From Geobacter metallireducens GS-15 (GTDB taxonomy: Bacteria; Desulfobacterota; Desulfuromonadia; Geobacterales; Geobacteraceae), in contig NC_007517.1 in the NCBI RefSeq assembly GCF_000012925.1, positions 810,001 through 842,000 of the forward strand: 32,000 nucleotides of DNA. Direction: 5' to 3'. Under the pieces are notes generated by a model. It did no database searches. It was not told the origin of the DNA and saw only the letters and a program-made list of their open reading frames with translations. The position numbers and the translations under genes were made by a program. Below are positions 1 through 8,990 of this stretch, in pieces (position 1 is the stretch's first letter; each line of letters starts with the position of its first letter).

Positions 1-1
1 G

Positions 2-2185
2 GAGCCGACCTACGACAACTGTTATCAAGGGCCGTTTGCTTCCTACGGCTGTCCCAAGGACCCCTATGACAAAGAGAACGAAAACGCTCCGAGCCATCTG
101 GCCGATGTGGCGAAAGACATGCATGACGGCAACGCATCGCCGTTCAGTGGCAGGGTGCAGAATGTCTCCACCTACACCATCGGCTTGACGCTGGACAGCG
201 CCCTCCTCGATCAGACAGCGGTGAACGGAGGGGGAAAATACTTCACGACGACGTCGGGAATCAGTCTTGCCACGGCCGTCCAGAATGCCCTGGCCGATAT
301 TGTGTCCAAAATGGCGGCAGGAAGCAGCGTCGCCGTGAATACCCCGTTTCTGAACTCGAACAGCACGCTCTATCGGGCAAGATTCAAGTCACCGGACTGG
401 AACGGTTATCTGGAGGCCTTCAAGCTTGACGCCGCCACCGGTGCTATCATCGGATATCCGAACTCTCCCGAATGGGAGGCGGGCTCTCGACTCAATAGTC
501 GCTCATCTGCCCGGGCAATCTATACCGCCGGCGTGGATGGCGGCACGTACAAGCGGCTTGAGTACAGTACCGCCAACGGGACCAAACTGGCGGGTGCGGG
601 ATTCATGAATTTTTCGTCCGCAAAGGCCAGCGATCTCATCGGGTATATCCGCGGTGATCGCTACGGAACAACAAACCCCGCTGGGTATCGCAACCGGACG
701 AGCAAGCTCGGGGACATCATCTCATCATCACCCGTCGTCTACGGCCCTCCCGACGGTGTCTACACCGATGCAGCCTACAAAGCATTCAAGAGGGACTGGG
801 CAACCCGAACATCGCTCATTCTGGCGGGGGCCAACGACGGGATGCTCCACGCCTTTGACGCCGCGACCGGTGACGAGGCATGGGCTTTCATCCCGAATAT
901 TCTCTTAAGCAAGCTGAAGCTCCTGAGAAATGATCCCTATACGCACACAAGTTACGTCAATGGCGCGATCACGGTTGCCGACGCCTATATCCAGACGAAA
1001 AATGCCGACGGTACCACTGCCGGAACCGCGGGGTGGCGCTCCATAGCCGTCTGCGGCCTCCGCGACGGCGGCAAGGGGTATTTCGCCCTCGATATCACTG
1101 ATTCGGCCAATCCGATACCGTTATGGGAGCTTACCGCCACATCATCGGCAACACCGAACGGTCTGGGGTACTCGTTTGGAACCCCCCTGATCCTCAAACT
1201 GAGGGATGAAGCGGCAACCAGCGGATTCCGCTGGGTTGCGGCCCTTGCGAACGGCTATGAGGGACCCACAAGCAGCAAGGCCGCTTCGCTCATCATTGCC
1301 GACCTCGCCACGGGAGCGGTCATCAACGAGATCGTTGTCGACAAGTCGGCATTCAGTGGTGTCTCCCCTAATGGGCTTGCCTCTCCCGCTGCCATTGACA
1401 GGGATATGGACGGCTTCGCCGACACCCTCTATGCCGGGGATCTCAAAGGGAACATGTGGCGGTTTGACGTGAGCAGCGCCAAGATGGCCCAGTGGAAGGC
1501 TGACTGCATCTTTTCCGCCGGGGTCACCCAGCCGATAACCGCCGCTCCTGACGTGGTGGTGCGCCTCGGGTATCAGTATGTCTTCTTCGGCACCGGGAAA
1601 TACCTTGACGAGGGTGACAAGACCACATCATTCACTCAAAGCTTTTACGGGGTAAAGGATGATAATTCGACGAAAAATCTGACGCAAGCTGATCTGGTCG
1701 GTCAGACCATAACGGAGGTGACGTATTCGGGAGCCGTGTACCGGACCCTTTCAAGCTTTACGGTCGGCAGCAAGGATGGGTGGTATCTTGATCTCCCCGG
1801 TAAAGGCGAACGAGTTATCGCGGAACCTGAAGCTACCGGGACCAATGATGCCGGCAAGGTCAAATTCACAACTTTTATTCCATCCACCGATCCCTGTGAG
1901 CCGGGAGGTAAAGGTTGGCGCATGCAGGTCAATATGGAGACGGGTGGAGAGCCGAAGAAGTCGGTGTTTGTGGTGCCAGGAAGGCCGGACGGCACTGTCC
2001 CTGTGGGTGACAGCTCTCGGAGGCCCTCGGGGATGCTTCTCTCTTCTGGGACTGTGGCACCACCAGGAGGAACGAATGATTTGGATATCATCCAAAAAAT
2101 CGACACAGGTCTTGAACCTAAGCAAGATGAGAGCGGGACCCACCAGTTCGGTCTGCGGAGTTGGAGGCAGCTTCTGTCCATTTAG
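2..2185 (+). CDS. pilY1: PilY1-like type IV pilus tip adhesin, C-terminal part (5' end lies outside the window)
   Basis: The frame is open from nt 2 with no stop; the listed ORF 107..2185 simply begins at an internal GTG. The translation shows a vWA-like tail, then PilY1/PilC beta-propeller signatures GANDGMLHAFDAATGDEAWAFIP and the Ca-site-like DRDMDGFADTLYAGDLKGNMWRFD. Confidence 0.8.
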   Translation, partial: EPTYDNCYQGPFASYGCPKDPYDKENENAPSHLADVAKDMHDGNASPFSGRVQNVSTYTIGLTLDSALLDQTAVNGGGKYFTTTSGISLATAVQNALADIVSKMAAGSSVAVNTPFLNSNSTLYRARFKSPDWNGYLEAFKLDAATGAIIGYPNSPEWEAGSRLNSRSSARAIYTAGVDGGTYKRLEYSTANGTKLAGAGFMNFSSAKASDLIGYIRGDRYGTTNPAGYRNRTSKLGDIISSSPVVYGPPDGVYTDAAYKAFKRDWATRTSLILAGANDGMLHAFDAATGDEAWAFIPNILLSKLKLLRNDPYTHTSYVNGAITVADAYIQTKNADGTTAGTAGWRSIAVCGLRDGGKGYFALDITDSANPIPLWELTATSSATPNGLGYSFGTPLILKLRDEAATSGFRWVAALANGYEGPTSSKAASLIIADLATGAVINEIVVDKSAFSGVSPNGLASPAAIDRDMDGFADTLYAGDLKGNMWRFDVSSAKMAQWKADCIFSAGVTQPITAAPDVVVRLGYQYVFFGTGKYLDEGDKTTSFTQSFYGVKDDNSTKNLTQADLVGQTITEVTYSGAVYRTLSSFTVGSKDGWYLDLPGKGERVIAEPEATGTNDAGKVKFTTFIPSTDPCEPGGKGWRMQVNMETGGEPKKSVFVVPGRPDGTVPVGDSSRRPSGMLLSSGTVAPPGGTNDLDIIQKIDTGLEPKQDESGTHQFGLRSWRQLLSI

Positions 2186-2208
2186 CGGTGCTGCCGCAGT
2201 GACAGAAG

Positions 2209-3420
2209 TTACATGATTGAGAAATTCGTATGAATGGTGCGCTGGAGATCCTCGATTTTGATGAGAGCCTGGCGGATCTCCTCCCGTTCGTCGGCGGGGA
2301 GGGTGTAGGGGTTCAGGTAGTAGGAGCTCTTGTCGATTCCCTTGATGACCTTGATCTGGAGGAGGATCCGGTGCTTCGTCAAGGTGGTGTAAGCGTCAAC
2401 GAGCCCCTGGGCAAAGGTCGCCGAGAAGCTCCCCTCCTTCTGGAGCAGCTCGATTCGCCGCACGGTGTTCGTGGCCGGTATCCCCTGGTTGATGGCGAGA
2501 ATCCGAACGTTCATGACGAGTGGTGCCCAGGCGAGGAGCTTCAGGTTGAACTCTCCCTTGTGCTCCCCTGAACCTTCGGTCCAGAGCCGGTTCAGGAAGC
2601 CGAGGGCCAGCTTCATCTCCGTTGCCGCCTTGGCCATCCCCCAGAGTACCTGGAAGTAGTCCTGCTCCAGTCCCCGGATGAGTCCCACCAGGTCGTTGGC
2701 CAGGTCCTTGTCCCCCGCCACGTGGCGGGCGTCGGAGAGGACGATGAGGTCCATGAGGTTTTTGGCGTAATCCTCGTACTCGTAGCGGACGATGGCCAGG
2801 AGCTTTTTCTTCCATTGGCCGTAGGAGCCCCGCCAGGTGGGGTTCGACGGCATGATGTCGCCGGTGCACTTCTTGAATCCCATCTCCGCCATGCGCTCCA
2901 CCAGAGTCTCCGAGAATTCCCTGAACCACTGGTCGGCCGCCTCGCCGCCTTCGTCGCCGTAGACGATCAGGTAGTCCTGGTCGGTGATGAGGGTCTGCTC
3001 CTCCCGGCCGTCGCTCCCCATGCTGCAGAGGGCGTAGGAGCGCGGAGGGCTTCCTTTGCCGGTGGCTGCCATTTCCTGCTCCACCAGTTCCAGCGCCCGT
3101 CCCGCCAGGACATCCCGGTACTCCGTGCATGAGGCGTGGAGGGCGGTCACCGACTGAATCTTGAGAAACCGTTCCAGTTCCAGCCCATTCAATTCGTCGT
3201 GGATTTCCCGCAGCGCACCGTAGTCGGTTTCCCCCTTCACCCGGGCCATGAGTTCCCGCCGCCGTCCCGCTATCTGCCCCGTAAGGGCGATTTCATGATC
3301 GACCTCTTCCTTGAGCCGGTTGAGGATCAGCGGGATTTCGTCCTGTTCCAGGACCCGGACGAATGCGTTGATCCGGGCCATGGTTTCGGCTACGGCTGTC
3401 TGGATGATGTCGTTATGCAT
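2209..3420 (-). CDS. DUF294-type putative nucleotidyltransferase (DUF294 + DUF294_C-like half), without the usual N-terminal cNMP/CBS sensor domains
   Basis: ORF 2209..3456. I place the start at ATG 3420 (GAGGA Shine-Dalgarno 5 nt upstream, protein starts MHNDIIQ). The core CSMGSDGREEQTLITDQDYLIVYGD looks like a GS/DxD nucleotidyltransferase fold; the C-terminal half is helical. Confidence 0.6.
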   Translation of the reverse strand: MHNDIIQTAVAETMARINAFVRVLEQDEIPLILNRLKEEVDHEIALTGQIAGRRRELMARVKGETDYGALREIHDELNGLELERFLKIQSVTALHASCTEYRDVLAGRALELVEQEMAATGKGSPPRSYALCSMGSDGREEQTLITDQDYLIVYGDEGGEAADQWFREFSETLVERMAEMGFKKCTGDIMPSNPTWRGSYGQWKKKLLAIVRYEYEDYAKNLMDLIVLSDARHVAGDKDLANDLVGLIRGLEQDYFQVLWGMAKAATEMKLALGFLNRLWTEGSGEHKGEFNLKLLAWAPLVMNVRILAINQGIPATNTVRRIELLQKEGSFSATFAQGLVDAYTTLTKHRILLQIKVIKGIDKSSYYLNPYTLPADEREEIRQALIKIEDLQRTIHTNFSIM

Positions 3421-3438
3421 GCAGATCCTCGCGCGGGA

Positions 3439-3467
3439 TAAAAAAGGGGAAAGCAACGCTTTCCCCT
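3439..3467 (-). terminator. Intrinsic terminator downstream of the actP-like gene
   Basis: On the minus strand: AGGGGAAAGC-GUU-GCUUUCCCCU (perfect 10-bp stem, 3445..3454 / 3458..3467) followed by UUUUUUA (3444..3439). It lies 38 nt after the actP stop. Confidence 0.8.
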
Positions 3468-3504
3468 AATCCTAGCACAAATTATACCGAATTAAAAAGC
3501 CGTT

Positions 3505-5487
3505 CTAGTGGTCGATGGCCTTGGCCATGCCGATGCCGGTGTTCTGGCGGACGTAGATCTCGTCGAACATCTCCTCGGAGCGGCGGCTCGGGAAGGCGAG
3601 GCAGCCGATGATGGCGGCGATGAAGCCGAGCGGGATAGAGATGATGCCTGGGTTCTTCAGGTCGATGAGGGGCTTGTCGAGGCCGATGAAGGACTTGCCG
3701 TCCTTGTTGGTTTCGTAATCCTTCTTGGCCTTGTCGAGATCCTTCATTTCCTTATCGGAGAGGAGCGCGCCGGTGGCTTGCTTCTCTTCAAGCTTCACGA
3801 CCACCTTCTTGGCGTCGGCGGCAACCTTCTTCGGATAGGTCATGTTGGGGGAGACCATCACCAGGGCGATTGAGGCGATGGTGCCGACCACGAGGCCCGA
3901 CACGACGCCGGCGGTGTTGAACTTGCGCCAGAAGAGGGACATGACGACGACCGGCAGGTTGCCCGAGGAGGCAACGGCAAAGGCCAGGGCCACCAGGTGG
4001 GCGACGTTCTGCTTCTCGGCGGCGATGCCGATCAGGATGCCGGCGGCGCCGACGCAGAGGGAGGTGATCCGGGCGGCCATGACCTGCTCATGCTGGTCGG
4101 CGTGGCCGTCCTTGATAACGTTCACGTAGATGTCGTGGGCGATGGCGGCGGAGGCAGCCAGAACGAGGCCCGACACGACGGCGAGGATGGTGGCGAAGGC
4201 AACGGCGCAGAGGAAGGCCAGGAGCAGGTCGCCCAGGAACGGGGAGATGTCGCCGCCCAGCTTCTGGGCAAGCATCATGGCGGCCATGTTTCCGCCTTTA
4301 TCCACGGCGGAGATCCCTTGCGGGGTCACGTGGATGGCGGCGCCGAAGCCGAGGAGCGTCGTCAGGATGTAGAAGAAGCCGATGATGAACATGGCAACGA
4401 TAACGGACTTGCGGGCTGCCTGGGCGGTCGGCACGGTGAAGAAGCGCATCAGGATGTGGGGCATGCCAGCAGTGCCGAGCACGAGGGCCATGCCGAGGGA
4501 TATCTGGTCAAGAGGATTCTTCATGAAGAGACCCGGTTCAAGGAACCGCTGCCCGTAGTCGAAGCCGGCCACGGCCACGGGATCCTTCAGGACCACCTTC
4601 TGCACGTGCTCGATGATGTTGGGGCTGGTGGCGATGTCGTTGAAGAACTGGAACGGGTTCATGCCCGACTTGATGCCCACGAGGATGGAGAGAACGAATG
4701 CACCGGTCATGAGGAGGCCGGCCTTGATGATCTGGACCCAGGTGGTGGCGGTCATGCCACCGAAGACGACGTAGCCGACCATGAGGATGCCGACGCCGAT
4801 GATGGCGAACTTGTAGGGGATGCCGATCAGCAGCTGCATGAGTTTCCCGGCGCCGACCATCTGGGCGGTGAGATAGAAGGTGGAGACGGCCACGACGGAG
4901 AGGGCGCAGACGGCCCGGACCACTTTCGGCTCGGTACGGAAGGAGAGGATGTCCCCCAGGGTGTACTTGCCGGCGTTGCGGCACGGCTCGGCCACGATGA
5001 GGAGCACCGTGATGTAGGCCACGAGCCATCCCACCGAGTACATGAAGCCGTCATAGCCGTAGAGGGAGATCATGCCGGAAATCCCCAGGAAGGAGGCGGC
5101 CGACATGTAGTCGCCGGCGATGGCCCAGCCGTTCTGGGTGCCGGTGATGCCGCCGCCCGCGGTGTAGAAGTCGGCAGCCGACTTGGTCCGCTTGGCCGAC
5201 CAGACGACGACGGCCATGGTCACGGCGATGATGATCAAAAAGATCGGGATGGTGACCATCGGGTTGGCCTTGATGGTCTTCTTCTCGGGAGTTGCGGCCG
5301 GCGTTGCCACCTTGGCTGCGGTGGCTGCTGCGGGCGCCGTGGCTGCCGGGGCAGGGGTTGTGGCTGCCGGTGCGGTTACGGCGGTCGGAGCGCCGGGGGA
5401 CGCGGGGGCCTTGGCAGGCTCCTCGGCAAAGGCGGCGAACGAGCCCAGGGAGAGGGCCAGAGTTATACCAGCAAGCAGTTTTTTCAT
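3505..5487 (-). CDS. actP: Cation/acetate symporter, ActP-like (sodium:solute symporter family)
   Basis: 660-aa multi-TM ORF with a GGAGGA SD 5 nt before ATG 5487. ActP-type motif FYTAGGGITGTQNGWAIAGDYMSAASFLGISG. Directly preceded by a DUF485 gene, as in yjcH-actP. N-terminal signal peptide followed by a Pro/Ala/Thr-rich linker. Confidence 0.85.
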   Translation of the reverse strand: MKKLLAGITLALSLGSFAAFAEEPAKAPASPGAPTAVTAPAATTPAPAATAPAAATAAKVATPAATPEKKTIKANPMVTIPIFLIIIAVTMAVVVWSAKRTKSAADFYTAGGGITGTQNGWAIAGDYMSAASFLGISGMISLYGYDGFMYSVGWLVAYITVLLIVAEPCRNAGKYTLGDILSFRTEPKVVRAVCALSVVAVSTFYLTAQMVGAGKLMQLLIGIPYKFAIIGVGILMVGYVVFGGMTATTWVQIIKAGLLMTGAFVLSILVGIKSGMNPFQFFNDIATSPNIIEHVQKVVLKDPVAVAGFDYGQRFLEPGLFMKNPLDQISLGMALVLGTAGMPHILMRFFTVPTAQAARKSVIVAMFIIGFFYILTTLLGFGAAIHVTPQGISAVDKGGNMAAMMLAQKLGGDISPFLGDLLLAFLCAVAFATILAVVSGLVLAASAAIAHDIYVNVIKDGHADQHEQVMAARITSLCVGAAGILIGIAAEKQNVAHLVALAFAVASSGNLPVVVMSLFWRKFNTAGVVSGLVVGTIASIALVMVSPNMTYPKKVAADAKKVVVKLEEKQATGALLSDKEMKDLDKAKKDYETNKDGKSFIGLDKPLIDLKNPGIISIPLGFIAAIIGCLAFPSRRSEEMFDEIYVRQNTGIGMAKAIDH

Positions 5488-5502
5488 CTCAGTCCTCCTT
5501 CC

Positions 5503-5811
5503 TTATTTGAGCTCATCCACCAGCTCGCGGGTGAGCCGGTCGAAGTCTTTGTTGGCCACATGGGCGTAGTACATGGCGATCCCCCAGGAAACGAAGAACT
5601 GGGAGAGGGCGAAGAGGTAACCGAAGTTGATCCGCCCCAGGATCTTGATCTTGAAGAGGCCGGGAGCGTACGCGGCACCAATCGGGAGGAGGAAGTAGAA
5701 GACGGTGGAAAATACCCACCATCCGACGAGAAACGTAGTTTTCTTGCGGTGGAGTTCGACGAACTTGGGATTCTTGGCGATTGCGCCCCAGTCGTACTGT
5801 TTTTCAGCCAT
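5503..5811 (-). CDS. DUF485 (YjcH-like) small inner-membrane protein
   Basis: 102 aa with two predicted TM helices (FLVGWWVFSTVFYFLLPIGAAY, YLFALSQFFVSWGIAMYY). AAGGAG SD upstream of ATG 5811. Only a 15-nt gap to actP, the classic yjcH-actP pairing. Confidence 0.8.
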   Translation of the reverse strand: MAEKQYDWGAIAKNPKFVELHRKKTTFLVGWWVFSTVFYFLLPIGAAYAPGLFKIKILGRINFGYLFALSQFFVSWGIAMYYAHVANKDFDRLTRELVDELK

Positions 5812-5944
5812 GGTTTGTTACTCCTTTCTCCAAAATAATCACACATCCATGGAGCGGCGTCCCGCTCCGATTCTGTATCAACTTCCGTATCCGTCGTGTC
5901 TCCCCTCCTTTCGTCGAATAGTTGGTCCCGTTACTCCTCTGGTC

Positions 5945-6712
5945 CTAAAGCTTTGCGTAGCCAAACTTCAGGGAAAGCATCTCGGCGCCCTCCCGGAGGG
6001 AAGGGATGATCTCCTCCTCCAGCCGCGAGGCCATCAGCCTGAACGACGGTCCGAGCATGGTAAGGGCGCCGATTACCTTGCCGGCGTAATCCCGTACCGC
6101 CACGGCGACCGTGACGATCCCTTCGCCGAGCCCGTCGAAATCGACGGCGAAACCGCGCTCCCGAATCGCCGTCAGTTCAGTCTGGAGAAGGGCCGGATCA
6201 GGGGTCCCGCCATTTCTCCGTTTCTTGAAGAATTTCTCCAGGAGGTCAGCCGACTCCAGCGACTTGATGGCCTTGCCTGCCGCGTTGGTGAAGAAGGGGA
6301 AGCGCTTGCCGACAAGGGGGGCGGTTTTGATGGCCTGATCGCAGTCGACCATGTCGAGAAAGAGGACTTCCTCTCCCTTGAGGACCGCGATGTAGACCGC
6401 CTCGTCATGCTTGCGCGCCAGCTTCTCCATGACCGGGTGGGAATGCCGGATGAGGCTCGTGCTGTTGAGGAGCCTCTGGGCCAGTTCCACCGACGAAATC
6501 CCGAGGCGGTAGATGCCACTGGCATCGTCACGCTCCACGAGCCCCTTGCTCTCGAGGGTTGCCAGAAGACGGAAAGCCTTGTTGCGGGAGAGATCGAGCC
6601 TCTCCGCAAGGTAGGGAAGGGTGGCGTGCCGGCTTTCCTCGGTGAGCGTTTCGAGAATATCCAGGGCCTTTTCAACGGTTTGTACCGCGTATGAACTCTT
6701 TTCCCTGGTCAT
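5945..6712 (-). CDS. IclR-family transcriptional regulator
   Basis: 255 aa. N-terminal winged HTH (LPYLAERLDLSRNKAFRLLATLESKGLVERD) plus a C-terminal IclR effector-type domain. GGAAGG SD 5 nt before ATG 6712. Confidence 0.85.
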   Translation of the reverse strand: MTREKSSYAVQTVEKALDILETLTEESRHATLPYLAERLDLSRNKAFRLLATLESKGLVERDDASGIYRLGISSVELAQRLLNSTSLIRHSHPVMEKLARKHDEAVYIAVLKGEEVLFLDMVDCDQAIKTAPLVGKRFPFFTNAAGKAIKSLESADLLEKFFKKRRNGGTPDPALLQTELTAIRERGFAVDFDGLGEGIVTVAVAVRDYAGKVIGALTMLGPSFRLMASRLEEEIIPSLREGAEMLSLKFGYAKL

Positions 6713-7073
6713 CGTTACCTTCCGTCAAGAATGGTGTGCAAGGCTGTTTTATAAACAATGTTATATTGTGTGATTATTTTTTAGCACGACGTTTTACTTG
6801 CGTCAACATCAATTTCAATAAAAAAATTAAATTTAAAAAAATAATACGTAAATCCGGTGCGTTAAAAACATGAGTTACCATATATAGACGCTGGAGCGCC
6901 GTTTTGTTTGCTTTATAGAACGTGGTTTATGGTAGTGCCTGGGTTTGTCGGGGTGCGTTTGATTATGCTGTTGATTCTGTGGCGGGTGTAATGGGGTTTG
7001 AATGAATTTATAAAGGGCGAGTGGGGGTAAGGATAGGAAAAGATAATAAGGGGGCGGGTGGAAGGGGTGGCGG

Positions 7074-7472
7074 TCAGTTGAATCTGATCGCTATCCCCTT
7101 TGCTTTGATGGAGGTTGAGGGGAAGAAGAGGTAAGACCCTTTTTTCGCTTGGACTTCGGGGAGGATGATGGCATCGGCCCCCAGTTTTGCGGCTTCGGCT
7201 CCTAGGGCGTCGTAGGCCCATTCGTCAGCTTCGTTCTTTAGGTCGTCGATGTGTCCCAGGCGCTCACGGCTCACCTCGACGGTGCCGATTTTGGTGTAGG
7301 GGCGGATGATCTCATCCTGGGCGAGGATGGGAGGAAGTTTGTTCGGGTCGAGAGCGGTAGTGGGGGTGAGGGTTGCGCAGGCAGCAGTGAGGAGGGCAGA
7401 GGCCGCCAGAAGACGAGCGAGTCTGCCGAGGCGGGGGGAAGCAGAACCGGTAATAGGGGCAGGACGAGTCAT
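7074..7472 (-). CDS. Small putative lipoprotein / exported protein of unknown function
   Basis: 132 aa. Signal peptide ending in LLTAAC (lipobox-like Cys). GAGG SD 6 nt before ATG 7472. The C-terminal GADAIILP...KGIAIRF resembles small beta-rich stress-protein domains, but this assignment is uncertain. Confidence 0.55.
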
Positions 7473-7625
7473 GGGCGTACCTCGCGGATCATTGTGGGTG
7501 GGGTGTCATGGAGTCCGATTCGCCCATTTTACATAAACTTTCAACCTTTACAACCAAGATTTTCCCATGCTACTATCTGCCGATTTCGGGCGCCGGCCCA
7601 CAGTTTAGCAGAAGGAGCAGTCGCG

Positions 7626-8369
7626 ATGTCTGGACATAATAAATGGAGCACGATCAAACACAAGAAGGGTGCCGCAGACGCCAAGCGGGGGAAGGTCTTC
7701 ACCAAGATCATCAAGGAGATCACCGTGGCCGCGAAGCTGGGTGGCGGCGATCCCAACGGAAACCCCCGTCTACGCAGCGCCGTTGACAAGGCAAAGGCCG
7801 AGAACATGCCCAAGGACAACATCGAGCGGGCCATCAAGAAGGGGACCGGCGAGCTTGAGGGGGTCAACTACGAGGAGATCGTCTACGAGGGGTACGGCCC
7901 CGGCGGCGTGGCGGTCCTCGTGGAGTGCATGACCGACAACCGCAACCGGACCGTCGGCGATGTGCGGAGCACCTTCACCAAGTGCAACGGCAACATGGGT
8001 GAGACCGGTTGCGTCTCCTGGATGTTCGACAAGAAGGGGCTCATCGTCGTCAGCAAGGATGCCGATTTCGAGAAGCTCTTTGAGGTGGCCCTGGAGGCCG
8101 GCGCCGAGGACGTGGCTGACGAGGAGGAGCAGTACGAGGTGTTGACCGACCCGTCCTCCTTCATGGAGGTGCGTGAGGCCCTGGAGAAGGCCGGGTTCGC
8201 TCATGAGTCCGCCGAGATAACCATGATCCCCCAGACCATGGTGAAGCTGGACGGCAAGAACGCCGAGAACATGCTGAAGCTCATGGACCGGCTCGAGGAC
8301 AACGACGACGTGCAGAACGTCTATGCCAACTTCGACATCTCCATGGAGGAGATGGAAAAACTGATGTAA
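7626..8369 (+). CDS. yebC: YebC/PmpR-family probable transcriptional regulator
   Basis: Hallmark N-terminus [41 protein letters not shown] 8 nt upstream of ATG 7626. Sits upstream of ruvCAB, as in many bacteria. The longer ORF start at 7251 is rejected. Confidence 0.9.
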
Positions 8370-8416
8370 GCGGAACGGAGGAGTACTCTCCCGTTTTACA
8401 TGCATGCTTATTCAAG

Positions 8417-8455
8417 CGCGGAAGCCGGAAGCCAGCCTTTCCTTCCGCGTTTTTT
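8417..8455 (+). terminator. Intrinsic terminator after yebC
   Basis: CGCGGAAG (8417..8424) pairs with CTTCCGCG (8442..8449), followed by TTTTTT (8450..8455). Confidence 0.7.
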
Positions 8456-8495
8456 CTCTGTGTTCTCTGTGCCCTCTGTGGCAGAATGCTTCCCC

Positions 8496-8990
8496 ATGAG
8501 AGTTCTCGGCATTGACCCCGGGTCGCGCATCACCGGCTACGGCATCATAGAAAAGGTCGGCAACCGCCTCGTCCATGTGGACAACGGCGCCATCCATACC
8601 GATAACCACAAGGAGTTCGCGCTCCGCCTCCACAGGATATTCGAAGGACTCTGCGAGGTTATCGCAGAATACCGTCCCGACGCCATGGCCGTGGAGCAGG
8701 TGTTCCTCGCCCACAACGCCCAGAGCGCCCTGAAGCTGGGGCAGGCCCGGGGGGCCGCCATCGTGGCCGGGGTGAACGCGGGGCTCCCGGTCAGCGAGTA
8801 CACGGCCATGCAGGTCAAACAGGCGGTTGTCGGCTACGGCCATGCCCGCAAGGAGCAGGTGCAGCAGATGGTCAAGTCCCTCCTTAACCTTCCTGAGATC
8901 GCCCAGGCCGACGCCTCCGACGCATTGGCCGTGGCGGTCTGTCACGCCAATTCGGCCGGCATGAAAAACATCCTCCGGAGCATCAGATGA
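8496..8990 (+). CDS. ruvC: Holliday junction resolvase RuvC
   Basis: [19 protein letters not shown]... is the typical RuvC N-terminus with the catalytic Asp. 164 aa. The stop overlaps the ruvA start (ATGA at 8987). Confidence 0.9.
   Translation: MRVLGIDPGSRITGYGIIEKVGNRLVHVDNGAIHTDNHKEFALRLHRIFEGLCEVIAEYRPDAMAVEQVFLAHNAQSALKLGQARGAAIVAGVNAGLPVSEYTAMQVKQAVVGYGHARKEQVQQMVKSLLNLPEIAQADASDALAVAVCHANSAGMKNILRSIR

Noticed and set aside
3997-5838. 613-aa plus-strand ORF
   Set aside because: It is antisense to the well-supported actP and DUF485 genes. The translation is a Gly/Asp/His/Arg-rich low-complexity string typical of shadow ORFs in high-GC DNA, and there is no SD.
6913-7221. 102-aa minus-strand ORF overlapping the 3' end of the lipoprotein gene
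   Set aside because: It is Pro/Arg/Ser/Thr-rich because of the extreme C-richness of that strand. It overlaps a better-supported CDS and has no SD.
7251-7625. N-terminal extension of the yebC ORF (listed start 7251)
   Set aside because: The extension overlaps the divergent lipoprotein gene and its promoter region. YebC proteins start with MSGHNKW, and ATG 7626 has a GAAGGAG SD.
7473-7625. Search for an SOS (LexA) box upstream of yebC-ruvCAB
   Set aside because: There is no match to either the E. coli-type CTGT-N8-ACAG box or the Geobacter-type GGTT-N2-C-N4-G-N3-ACC box as I remember them. Only a plausible TTTACA-N18-TACTAT promoter was seen.
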